Shown here: positions 25,527 through 34,704 of the stretch, in pieces | Numbering within the stretch: the first letter of the stretch is position 1 | How the letters are laid out: each line of letters opens with the position of its first letter | Origin: Candidatus Sulfotelmatobacter sp. | GTDB lineage: Bacteria; Acidobacteriota; Terriglobia; Terriglobales; Acidobacteriaceae | Direction: 5' to 3' | Assembly: GCA_036268025.1 (NCBI GenBank) | Contig: DATAUY010000133.1 | Coordinates: 38,442-102,441, forward strand | Length of the DNA: 64,000 nt | Position numbers and translations under genes: made by a program | The notes under the pieces: model-generated | Seen by the model: only the letters and a program-made list of their open reading frames with translations | Told to the model about the DNA's origin: nothing | The model's database searches: none

Positions 25527-28500
25527 ATGCAAATCGGGCAACGCAGTTTCGTGGCAGGCGTACTCCTTGGGTCACTGATCTTCGGTTCTGGCTGCACTTC
25601 GAAACCCAAGTTCCCTGAAACGAATTCGAAGGAATATAAAGATGTCGTCTCCGCCTTCTATATCGGACTTTCGGCCCTACAGGTTGGCGACGACGTTCAT
25701 GCCGAGTCCAAGCTTTCCGAAGTGACGCAACTCGTTCCGGGTGAACCGGCCGGTTGGGCAAACTGGGGAATTCTCGCCCTGCGACAGAGAAATTACGATC
25801 TGGCTGCGCAACGCCTGGAGAAAGCGCGCGACCTCGCTCCGCAGAACGATCAAATCTACAACCTTCTCGGAATTCTTGAAACCCAGCGCGGGAATTCTGC
25901 CCAGGCGCTTACTGACTTTCGCAAAGCGGCAGAACTCAATCCTCGCAACCTGCGGGCGATTTATTCTCTCGCCGAGGAAACTGAGCGGCAAGGCGCTCCC
26001 AATAACGACTCGGATTTTCAGTCGCTGATGCAAAAGATTCTTGCCGCTCAGCCCGGCAACCTAGCCGCCCAACTTGAGTTCAGCCGCATGGCGGCAAAGC
26101 GCGGCGATGCCATTGCTCTGAAATCAAGCCTTTCTCAGATTGACGCCGAATCGTCCGCATGGCCAGCCGAAGCGCAGCGTCAACTTGCGGCAGTGCGGAC
26201 CGCTGTTTCCAGCGGCGATCTGCGGGCTGCGGCCACGCAGACGACATTCTTGCGCAATGTGCTGATGCGCGATCCTGACTATCGTCACAGCTTACGCGTA
26301 ATCAAGGCGGCTCCGGGAGATGAAGCGGAGCCGTTTACTCATTTTTTGTTGATGTCGACGCCGACCTTCAAACCAGCACCGCCCGATACGGCGCTGACAT
26401 TCAGTTCGCAGCCCTTGCCAAGTGAAGGCTCAGCGAAATGGGACTGGATCGGAGCCGTCTCTCTCGGCAGCACAGGCGTGCCGGTAGTGGCCACCGCCAA
26501 TGGACGCGAAGTCCACCTCGCAAGTGGCACAAGTTTCCCATTCCCGGGAGGGCCTTCAGCCGTACCGCCGCAACCCGAAGGCATCGTTCCCGTTGACTTC
26601 AACTACGATTTCAAAACGGATTTCGTTCTCGCAGGGGCTGGCGGCGTGCGCTTTCTTCGGCAGGACAGCCCCAGCGCATTTACCGATGTCACCACCCAAA
26701 CTAAGCTGCCGAAATCGGTGACGGGCGGGTCTTACACCGGCGCGTGGGCCGTCGACATTGAGGCTGATGGCGATCTGGACATTGTTCTCGGCGCTAAGAA
26801 CGGTGTTCCGATTGTCCTGAGGAACAATGGAGACGGAACGTTTCTGGCAATCCATCCTTTTGCCGGAATCGCAGGTATTCGCTCTTTTGCCTGGGCTGAT
26901 TTTGACGGTGACGGGAACCCCGATGCAGCGATCATTGACGGCGCAGGCAAACTTCATGTCTTCATGAATGAACGGCAGGGCCAGTTCCGTGAGCGCGCAC
27001 TGGCTGACATCTTTGCTTCCGTGAAGGCCCTGGCAGTCGCTGATGCAAATAATGACGGGATTCTCGATCTGCTTGCGCTCCTCAGCGATGGCGCTATCGT
27101 TCGTATCTCTGACAAGAACGATGGACAGAGCTGGGAGACGGCAGAGATTGCACACGTGCCCGATGCTTCGCGCGACATTGCTGGTAATGTGCGGCTATTC
27201 ACTGCCGATATCGACAACAACGGTGCGGTCGACCTGATTTTGTCGCCGGTTTCGGCGACCGCTTCCAGTGGCCCGCTCATTTGGCTTGGCGACGAGCAAG
27301 GGAAGTTCACGCTGCTGAAGCAAGTCATGAGATCACTCGCGGTTTTTGCTGCAGCAGATCTGAAAAGCAACGGTAAGCTCGATCTGATGGCATTGTCGCC
27401 GGATGGACAGGCGATTCGCGAAGTCAATCAAAGCACGAAGAATTATCACTGGCAGGTTGTGCGGCCTCATGCGGTCCAGGCGGTTGGCGATCAGCGGATC
27501 AATCCTTTCGGTGTCGGTGGAGAAATCGAAGTTCGTTCAGGCCTGTTGGTGCAGAAGCAGCGGATCACCGGACCGCTGCTTCATTTCGGGTTGGGCGAAC
27601 AATCGGAAGCAGAAGTCGTTCGCGTAGTGTGGCCGAATGGGACGGTGCGCGCCGAGTTTGGCGTAAAGGCCGACCAGGATGTCGTGACCGAGCAGCGATT
27701 GAAGGCATCCTGCCCATTCCTCTTTGCCTATAACGGCAAGCAGATGGAGTTCGTGAAAGACGCCGTGCCCTGGGGCTCGGCCATCGGTCTGCGCATCAAC
27801 ACGCTCGGATCGGCGCAGATTGCTGCAACCGGCGAATGGTACAAGATCGGGCGCGATCAACTTACGCCGCATGATGGCTACTATGACATCCGCGTCACTG
27901 CCGAATTGTGGGAGGTCTACTACTACGACTATCTCGCATTGATGACAGTCGATCATCCCGTGGGAACAGAAATCTTCGTGGATGAGCGCTTTGTGATTCC
28001 TCCCGCGAAACTCGCCGTCACGGTTGTCGAAACTCCGCACGATATCGCACGCGCCACAGATGACAATGGCCAGGATGTAACCGAACTAGTCCGCACTCTC
28101 GACGGAAAAGCTGTAAGCAGCTTTGGGCGGGGGCAGTTTCAGGGAGTAACACACGATCACTATCTGGAAGTCGATCTTGGCGATGAGGCGCCGACCGGCG
28201 GTCCCCTCTATCTGATCGCGCAAGGCTCGATCCACGACACCGAATCGTCGGTGAATGTAGCCATCACCCAGGGCAATCGCTGGCGCGCCCACGGGCTGAG
28301 CGTCGAAGTTCCGGATGGCCGCGGCGGCTGGGTCACGGCGCAAGACAATTTGGGATTCCCCGCTGGGCGCAAGAAGACAGTTCTGTTCAATCTGACGAAT
28401 ATCTTCCGGCCTGGAACTCCGCATCGCGTGCGACTCCGGACAAACCTCGAAATCTATTGGGACGCAATTCATTGGGCCAAAGGAGCGCCGGATGCGCCCT

Positions 28501-29015
28501 TGAAAGAGACCACACTTGATCCGACCGTTGCAGATCTGCACTATCGCGGATATTCCATCATGCAGATGCCCATCGGCGCCGGAGCACCGGAGATTCCTGA
28601 CTACAACCGAATCGAAGGCACCAAGCAGCGCTGGCGTGATCTGATCGGCTACTACACGCGTTACGGTGATGTGCGCGAGCTTATCAAGACGATTGACGAT
28701 CGCTACCTGATTGTGAATTCCGGTGACGAACTTTCTATGCGCTTCGCAGAACAGCCCCCACCGCCGACAGGTTGGGTGCGTGACTTTGTCATCAAGGGCG
28801 ACGGCTGGATCAAAGACGGCGACTACAACTCGACTTTTTCAAAGACAGTTCTACCGCTGCCGCATCACTCGCAGAATGAGTACACCGTCCGGCCGGGTGC
28901 TCTGGAAGATGAGTGGACCTACAAACAGCATCCGGAGGATTGGCAGACCTACCACACGCGATACATCACGCCGGAAGTCTTCAAGAATGCATTGCGGAGT
29001 GATGCGACTCAATGA
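25527..29015 (+). CDS. TPR + FG-GAP/VCBS + ASPIC/UnbV-domain lipoprotein (CRTAC1-family, long form)
   Basis: Lipobox FGSGC, N-terminal TPR-like repeats, repeated D.D.DG..D FG-GAP calcium motifs, and GGEIEVRSG...HFGLG...VRVVWPNG (ASPIC/UnbV signature), plus about 450 extra C-terminal residues. Confidence 0.85.
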   Translation: MQIGQRSFVAGVLLGSLIFGSGCTSKPKFPETNSKEYKDVVSAFYIGLSALQVGDDVHAESKLSEVTQLVPGEPAGWANWGILALRQRNYDLAAQRLEKARDLAPQNDQIYNLLGILETQRGNSAQALTDFRKAAELNPRNLRAIYSLAEETERQGAPNNDSDFQSLMQKILAAQPGNLAAQLEFSRMAAKRGDAIALKSSLSQIDAESSAWPAEAQRQLAAVRTAVSSGDLRAAATQTTFLRNVLMRDPDYRHSLRVIKAAPGDEAEPFTHFLLMSTPTFKPAPPDTALTFSSQPLPSEGSAKWDWIGAVSLGSTGVPVVATANGREVHLASGTSFPFPGGPSAVPPQPEGIVPVDFNYDFKTDFVLAGAGGVRFLRQDSPSAFTDVTTQTKLPKSVTGGSYTGAWAVDIEADGDLDIVLGAKNGVPIVLRNNGDGTFLAIHPFAGIAGIRSFAWADFDGDGNPDAAIIDGAGKLHVFMNERQGQFRERALADIFASVKALAVADANNDGILDLLALLSDGAIVRISDKNDGQSWETAEIAHVPDASRDIAGNVRLFTADIDNNGAVDLILSPVSATASSGPLIWLGDEQGKFTLLKQVMRSLAVFAAADLKSNGKLDLMALSPDGQAIREVNQSTKNYHWQVVRPHAVQAVGDQRINPFGVGGEIEVRSGLLVQKQRITGPLLHFGLGEQSEAEVVRVVWPNGTVRAEFGVKADQDVVTEQRLKASCPFLFAYNGKQMEFVKDAVPWGSAIGLRINTLGSAQIAATGEWYKIGRDQLTPHDGYYDIRVTAELWEVYYYDYLALMTVDHPVGTEIFVDERFVIPPAKLAVTVVETPHDIARATDDNGQDVTELVRTLDGKAVSSFGRGQFQGVTHDHYLEVDLGDEAPTGGPLYLIAQGSIHDTESSVNVAITQGNRWRAHGLSVEVPDGRGGWVTAQDNLGFPAGRKKTVLFNLTNIFRPGTPHRVRLRTNLEIYWDAIHWAKGAPDAPLKETTLDPTVADLHYRGYSIMQMPIGAGAPEIPDYNRIEGTKQRWRDLIGYYTRYGDVRELIKTIDDRYLIVNSGDELSMRFAEQPPPPTGWVRDFVIKGDGWIKDGDYNSTFSKTVLPLPHHSQNEYTVRPGALEDEWTYKQHPEDWQTYHTRYITPEVFKNALRSDATQ

Positions 29016-30808
29016 GCGGCAGTCGAATCGCAAGAATTATTCTGACAGTCCTGTTCGTCGGGCTGCTGCTCGTTCCCCTTGCCATGAAGCGCTATGCGGC
29101 GCGGCGCGAGTCGGACCGCTCCGCTTCGAGCGCTCAGACTGCGATCGCGCGTCATGGATTTTACTTGCAGGAAGTCTCGCACGAAGCCGGAATTAATTTC
29201 GTTCATCAAGCGCCACAGCTCGATCCGAAACTCCAGCCGATCATGCCCGAAGTCGCTTCGATGGGCGCGTCGGTGTCGATCGTTGATTACGACCGCGACG
29301 GGTGGCCTGATATCTACGTGACCAACAGTGCGATCGGAAGCAAGAACGCCCTCTACCGCAACCTGGGTAATGGGAAATTTCAGGACGTCGCGCCGGAGCT
29401 CGGCATTGCAGACGTCAACCAGGAAGGCACTGGCGTTTCTACCGGCGCGGTTTGGGGAGACTATGACAACGACGGCTACGAAGATCTTTTCCTGATCAAG
29501 TGGGGACGTCCAGAGCTGTATCACAACGATCAGGGCCACGGATTCACGCGCGTTACCGGGCAAGCCGGCTTGCCGCCATGGATCAACGCCAACACCGCGA
29601 TCTGGTTCGACTATGACGGCGATGGGTTGCTCGATCTCTTTGTCGGCGGCTACTACGCGCAAGACATTGATCTCTGGCATCTCACGACGACGCGGATCAT
29701 GCCAGACAGTTTCGAATACGCGAACAATGGTGGACGAAAGTATCTCTTCCACAATCTGGGCAACGGAAAGTTTGAGGAAGTAAGCGAAAAGGTTGGCATC
29801 AACAGCCACCGTTGGGCGCTGGCGGCGTCAGCGGCAGATTTGCGCGGCACGGGACATCCGGACCTGTTTGTCGCGAATGACTACGGCGTGTCAGAACTCT
29901 ACTTCAACGATGGAGGCAGGTTCCACGAGGCAGGACAACAGACCGGCGTTGGTTTCGCTCCCAAGAGTGGCATGAGCGCCTCCTTCGGCGACATTCTCAA
30001 TCGAGGCCGCTACGCTGTCTATGTTTCGAACATTTCGGAAGACGGCATTCTGATTCAGGGAAACAACCTCTGGATGCCGAAGGAGGGAACCGCCGGCGAT
30101 GCGATTCAGTACGAAAACCTCGCGCGCGACTTTGGCGTTGAACTCGGCGGATGGAGCTTCGGCGCGCAATTTGGCGATCTGAATAACGATGGGAACCTAG
30201 ACCTCTATCTTGCCAATGGATACATTTCGCTCGACCACAATCGCAGCTACTGGTACGACTTCTCGAAAGTTGCAGGCGGAAACAGCACAATCATCGGCGA
30301 CGCGAGGAATTGGCCGGCATTCGATGGGCGTAGTCTTTCGGGATATCAAAACAAAAAAGTCTGGCTAAATGACGGCGCAGGCAAGTTCATTGATGTTGCG
30401 CAGTCAGTCGGAGTAACCGATAGCTACGATGGACGGGCCGTGGCCCTCGCGGACCTGTGGAACCGCGGAGTTCTTGACGTTGTAGTTGCAAATCAGAAAG
30501 GGCCGTTGCTCGTCTATAAGAATATGGTCACGCCCGAGAATGAGTGGATAGAGTTCCAACTCAAGGGGACGGGCAGCAACCGCAGTGCAATCGGTGCGCA
30601 GGTGACCGTGTTTTGGAACGGTCAGAAGCAGGTACAGGAAGTCTCGGGCGGCAGCGGATTCGCGGCGCAGAACGATCGGCGCTTGCATTTCGGGCTGGGC
30701 AAGGACCCGCAACTGGAAAAGGCGGTGATCCGCTGGCCGTCGGATAAAGTTCAGACCATCGAGCGGCCAGCCGCCGATCAGTTGCACGCCGTCGAGGAGC
30801 CGAAATGA
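29012..30808 (+). CDS. CRTAC1-family protein (FG-GAP repeats + ASPIC/UnbV domain)
   Basis: N-terminal TM/signal anchor. DYDRDGWPDIYV, DYDNDGYEDLF, DYDGDGLLDLF and similar motifs. GAQVTVFWNG...SGGSGFAAQNDRRLHFGLG...IRWPS. ATGA overlap with the upstream gene. Confidence 0.85.
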   Translation: MSGSRIARIILTVLFVGLLLVPLAMKRYAARRESDRSASSAQTAIARHGFYLQEVSHEAGINFVHQAPQLDPKLQPIMPEVASMGASVSIVDYDRDGWPDIYVTNSAIGSKNALYRNLGNGKFQDVAPELGIADVNQEGTGVSTGAVWGDYDNDGYEDLFLIKWGRPELYHNDQGHGFTRVTGQAGLPPWINANTAIWFDYDGDGLLDLFVGGYYAQDIDLWHLTTTRIMPDSFEYANNGGRKYLFHNLGNGKFEEVSEKVGINSHRWALAASAADLRGTGHPDLFVANDYGVSELYFNDGGRFHEAGQQTGVGFAPKSGMSASFGDILNRGRYAVYVSNISEDGILIQGNNLWMPKEGTAGDAIQYENLARDFGVELGGWSFGAQFGDLNNDGNLDLYLANGYISLDHNRSYWYDFSKVAGGNSTIIGDARNWPAFDGRSLSGYQNKKVWLNDGAGKFIDVAQSVGVTDSYDGRAVALADLWNRGVLDVVVANQKGPLLVYKNMVTPENEWIEFQLKGTGSNRSAIGAQVTVFWNGQKQVQEVSGGSGFAAQNDRRLHFGLGKDPQLEKAVIRWPSDKVQTIERPAADQLHAVEEPK

Positions 30809-31659
30809 GCGGAATGACAGCGCCTGCCGCTTTGCCTCCGGCAACTGCGCCACCCAAGCGGCCCTTCAGCCTCGACAACCGCTACATCGCGCCCGCATTC
30901 ATCACTTGCATCCTGCTGGCAGGGCATCTGTCATTCGGGATTCTGGAAAGCTATCAAAAGACGCTGCTGGCTATCGTCACGAGCATTGTTCTCGAACTTA
31001 TTCTCGGCCGCATTTTTTTTCACAAATGGCTGCATCCCGCGAGCGCATACATCACGGGTATCAGCGTAGGCATATTGGTTCGATCACCCGCGTTCTGGCC
31101 CTACGCCCTGTGCAGTGCAATCTCGATCATGTCCAAATATGTGCTGCGCGTGAAGGGCCGCCACATCTGGAACCCGTCCAACTTCGGCATTTCGGTAATG
31201 CTCTTTCTCGCAGCAGACGCCGTCGCTAGCCTGAGTATCCAGTGGGGAAACTATCTCTGGCCGATGCTGGTGATCTGGGCGCTCGGTTCTCTCATCATCG
31301 CGCGCCTGCACCGGTTTCACATCACCGGAATCTACGTCGCGTCCTTTCTCGCGTTCGCTTTTTTGCGAAGCTGGATAGTAGGAAGTCCCTGGCAGTCAGA
31401 AGTCGCGCCCATAACTGGACCGATGTATCAGCTGTTCATCTTCTTCATGATCACCGATCCAAAGACGACCGTCCGCTCGAAGCGTGGCCAATGCGTCGTC
31501 GTGTTTCTGGTGGCTGTGCTGGAAATGGTGCTGCGCCTGCTCCAGGTCGTTTACGCGCCGTTCTATGCGCTCTTTATCGTTGGCCCGGCTGCAATGCTGG
31601 TAGAAATCTGGATGGATTCGCGGCGCTCAGACGAGAAGATATTGGCGGCAAAGCGATGA
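30805..31659 (+). CDS. Polytopic membrane protein, UnbU-like (possibly NqrB/RnfD-related fold)
   Basis: Seven or eight predicted TM helices. Motifs HIWNPSNFG and FFMITDPKTT; the latter resembles the FFMATDPVT segment of RnfD/NqrB as I recall it. ATGA overlaps on both sides. Confidence 0.6.
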   Translation: MSGMTAPAALPPATAPPKRPFSLDNRYIAPAFITCILLAGHLSFGILESYQKTLLAIVTSIVLELILGRIFFHKWLHPASAYITGISVGILVRSPAFWPYALCSAISIMSKYVLRVKGRHIWNPSNFGISVMLFLAADAVASLSIQWGNYLWPMLVIWALGSLIIARLHRFHITGIYVASFLAFAFLRSWIVGSPWQSEVAPITGPMYQLFIFFMITDPKTTVRSKRGQCVVVFLVAVLEMVLRLLQVVYAPFYALFIVGPAAMLVEIWMDSRRSDEKILAAKR

Positions 31660-33512
31660 TTGGAAAACGACGAATGAGCTATCAAATGGTTGGAATTCAG
31701 CCTGCCCTTGTTCTGCTTGGCGCGATGGTGCTTGGTTTATCTGCATGCACACAAACATCGGCGAAATCGATCCAAGCTGTCGCGGAGCTTCCGACGCACG
31801 ATCCGGTTCGGAGGCCAACGTCCGCTCCAGGCGGTCCCATTCCGGCGCGCTCGTCCGTGGCGGCCGCACCTGCCACGCGTCCATCCGGCCCCATCGAGTT
31901 CATGGATGTAACTGAGAAAGCCGGAATTCACTTCAAGCACAACACAGGCGCATTCGGAAAAAAATACTTGCCGGAAACGATGGGCAGCGGCGTGTGCTTT
32001 ATCGACTATGACAATGATGGCTGGCAGGACATTCTGCTTATCAACTCGATGGATTGGCCCGGGCACAAAACTAGCAAATCGTATCCGGCGCTTTATCACA
32101 ACAATAAAGACGGAACGTTCAGCGACGTGACCCGCCAGGCCGGACTCGCGATTGAAATGTATGGTCTCGGCTGCGCCGTGGGCGATTACGACAACGACGG
32201 ATATGACGACATCTATATCACGACGGTCGGATCGAATCATTTGTTCCGCAATCTCGGTAACGGTAAGTTTGCCGATGTGACTGCGAAGGCCGGCGTCGCC
32301 GATTCCGGATTTTCTGCCAGCGCCGCATGGGTCGACTACGACAACGATGGCAAACTGGATCTGTTTGTTGCCCATTACGTTGTTTGGTCGCCCGCCAACG
32401 ACCAATACTGCTCCCTCGACAACAAGAACAAATCCTATTGCACGCCTCAGCGTTTTAAAGGCGAGAGTTCCACTCTCTTTCACAACAGGGGGGATGGCAC
32501 GTTCGAGAATGTGACGCGTAAAGCCGGACTTTACGACCCTAGCAGCAAGGCTTTGGGAGTTGCGCTGCTCGACTACGACAACGACGGCTGGATGGATCTT
32601 TTCGTCTCCAATGACACGGAGCCCAACAAGCTCTACCACAACAATCACAACGGAACTTTTACGGATGTAGCCGTACCCGCGGGGCTTGCGTACGGAGAAG
32701 CCGGCACCGCGCGCGCCGGCATGGGAACTGACGCCGCCGACTACGACAACTCTGGATGGCAAAGTCTAGTGCTTGGCAATTTCACAAACGAGGGCATGGC
32801 GCTTTATCACAACGACGGCTCGGGGCTGTTCACGGATCAGGCGCCCTCGACGGGCATCGCCCGCCTGTCCTCGAAGTCGCTCACTTTCGGCGCGCTTTTC
32901 TTCGACTACGATCTCGACGGATTGCCCGATATTCTTGCGATTAACGGCCACGTCTCCGACGACATTAGCGTAGTACAGCCCAATGTGAAATATGCGCAGC
33001 CGCCGCACGTGTTTCATAATCTTGGCAACAACCATTTCGATGAAGTGACGGCGAAGCTTGGCTCTGCGTTGCCAAAGCCGATCGTCGGCCGCGGCGCTGC
33101 ATACGCCGATTTCGACAACGACGGCGACCTTGATCTGGTGATCATGGCCAATGGCGGAACTGCGCGCTTGCTCAGAAATGACAACGGAAATCAGAATGAC
33201 GTGCTTCGCGTGAAGACCGTGGGAACGAAGTCGAACCGCGACGGCATCGGAGCTAAAGTCACCGTCAGAACCAGTACCGGAACTCGCCTATTTGGTATGG
33301 TGAAGACCGGATCGAGCTACCTTTCGCAAAGCGAGTTGCCTCTTACCTTCGGGTTAGGCAAGCCTGGCGGCAAGACTGTGAGTGTCGATGTTGTGTGGCC
33401 GAGTGGCCTCAAAGAGTCGATCGCAAACGTCAAGCCAAACCAGTTCATCGTGATTCGCGAGGGGAAGGGCATCATCGTCTCCCATGCACTGCCTTTTAAT
33501 CCGGGTGACTAG
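31656..33512 (+). CDS. CRTAC1-family lipoprotein (FG-GAP repeats + ASPIC/UnbV domain)
   Basis: ATG 31656 overlaps the upstream stop (ATGA). Lipobox LGLSAC. DYDNDGWQDILL, DYDNDGYDDIYI, DYDNDGKLDLF and similar. GAKVTVRT...KTGSSYLSQSELPLTFGLG...VVWPSG. The ORF-track start at 31242 is an in-frame read-through of the upstream gene. Confidence 0.85.
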   Translation: MIGKRRMSYQMVGIQPALVLLGAMVLGLSACTQTSAKSIQAVAELPTHDPVRRPTSAPGGPIPARSSVAAAPATRPSGPIEFMDVTEKAGIHFKHNTGAFGKKYLPETMGSGVCFIDYDNDGWQDILLINSMDWPGHKTSKSYPALYHNNKDGTFSDVTRQAGLAIEMYGLGCAVGDYDNDGYDDIYITTVGSNHLFRNLGNGKFADVTAKAGVADSGFSASAAWVDYDNDGKLDLFVAHYVVWSPANDQYCSLDNKNKSYCTPQRFKGESSTLFHNRGDGTFENVTRKAGLYDPSSKALGVALLDYDNDGWMDLFVSNDTEPNKLYHNNHNGTFTDVAVPAGLAYGEAGTARAGMGTDAADYDNSGWQSLVLGNFTNEGMALYHNDGSGLFTDQAPSTGIARLSSKSLTFGALFFDYDLDGLPDILAINGHVSDDISVVQPNVKYAQPPHVFHNLGNNHFDEVTAKLGSALPKPIVGRGAAYADFDNDGDLDLVIMANGGTARLLRNDNGNQNDVLRVKTVGTKSNRDGIGAKVTVRTSTGTRLFGMVKTGSSYLSQSELPLTFGLGKPGGKTVSVDVVWPSGLKESIANVKPNQFIVIREGKGIIVSHALPFNPGD

Positions 33513-33772
33513 TTGGGTGGAAGACATTCGTCCATACCTGGGGCGCGCTGCTATCTTCATTGTGCCCTTACGCGTCGGGGGAGGCACGCAGCTGAAAATC
33601 ATTGAAGCGATGGCGATGGGGAAAGCGGTGATCTCCACTCCAGTTGGCGCCGAGGCGCCTTCCGCTCGTTTCTGGCGAAAAGATCTTTCTGGCGGACACA
33701 CCTGAGGACTCCACCCCGCAGCGAATCACGGTCTTGCGGACCCCATCACGTGGCCCAGAAATCCGTCGGTGA
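33484..33772 (+). pseudogene. C-terminal remnant of a GT-B (family 1/4-like) glycosyltransferase, frameshifted
   Basis: IFIVPLRVGGGTQLKIIEAMAMGKAVISTPVGAE is the conserved C-terminal nucleotide-sugar-binding motif of GT1/GT4 enzymes. After about 33655 the homology continues in the +1 frame (LPLVSGEKIFLADTPED...) to a TGA at 33770-33772. The N-terminal 250 or more aa are missing. Confidence 0.6.
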
Positions 33773-33793
33773 ATGAGGGGTTGTAGGCAAAGC

Positions 33794-34369
33794 TCAAACG
33801 TGGGGCGAAGTCGTGCCAATCAGGATGGTAGTAGCCGGGCGCATGGTTCGCTTTGCCGCCAAAGTTGTACAGCATAGCAGCGGCGTGTCCCGGATGGCCT
33901 GGGGAAGTTCGTGGACCATGAGCATGTCGAGAGATGCCGCGACCGTGGTGTCCATCGTATCTAGCGAGACCTGAGAGCCGGTTCCGTTGACTTCAATTGC
34001 CTCGGTCGCGTTGCCGATCTTCAGCTGAGTATTTTGCGTATGCGCGGAATTGACTCCGACGTACACATTGTCGATGTTCTGCTGTGCAAAACCTTCCTTT
34101 GTGAAGGTGAGCCGGTATGCTGCGCCCGGCAACACCTTCAGAAACGTGTACACGCCAACCGCGTTCGTCTTGGTCTCGTAGCTGGTGTTGGTTTTTGTGT
34201 CAGTGAGCTTCACCATGACATCAGGGATTAGCGCTCCACTCGCGTCAGTGACGACGCCATTAAGGGAGGAAACATCCCGCGCTGCCAGCAAGGACGGCAA
34301 AACAAGACAAAGCGCCGAAACAACCATCAACACAACTTGTACGAAGTATCGACCAGGACTCGATTGCAT
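33794..34369 (-). pseudogene. N-terminal fragment of a CarboxypepD_reg-type TonB-dependent receptor (truncated)
   Basis: Signal peptide plus LNGVVTDASGALIPDVMVKLTDTKTNTSYETKTNAVGVYTF..LPGAYRLTFTKEGF parallels the N-terminus of the intact receptor at 39618-43253. The similarity ends after about 160 aa and no plug or barrel follows in any frame. Confidence 0.6.
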
Positions 34370-34704
34370 GCGGAGAGCCTCCTTTTGTCACACGGCTCTC
34401 GCCTGTCAATGTGCAGGTGAGACTCCAAATAATTGTTGCGATCGGTGTTGGGGACAACTATTCGTGAGAACATGGCCGGCCGCTTGCTTAGGGAGACGGA
34501 CTAACGCTCTTTGCGGACGGGGCAGAGCAGAAGCGATGGGACAGTCGAACGAGGTCTACTGGAATTTGTAAATAAATATAAAGATCCGAAATTGTGGTTT
34601 TCCGGCACAATGCAAGACAAAACACCCACCGAACAAGACTGTGAAATCGCGCAGGAGTCTTTGCTGAAGAGAAAGCGTCTTGTCTTACGAACCGAGAATA
34701 ATGG

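Noticed and set aside
31242-31655. Upstream in-frame extensions suggested by the ORF track (also 51662-52033 for leuD, 24695-24787, 36763-36960, 20570-20620, 25488-25526)
   Set aside because: The extensions overlap the preceding genes or add non-homologous residues. Internal ATGs with ATGA coupling, a signal peptide or an RBS fit better.
31737-32762. 341-aa minus-strand ORF (Val/Arg-rich) inside the third CRTAC1 gene; also 29009-29809 (minus) and 57852-58640 (minus) inside other genes
   Set aside because: All are antisense to genes with clear domain motifs. The runs of V arise from the complement of the GAC/AAC-rich FG-GAP repeats. There is no independent support.
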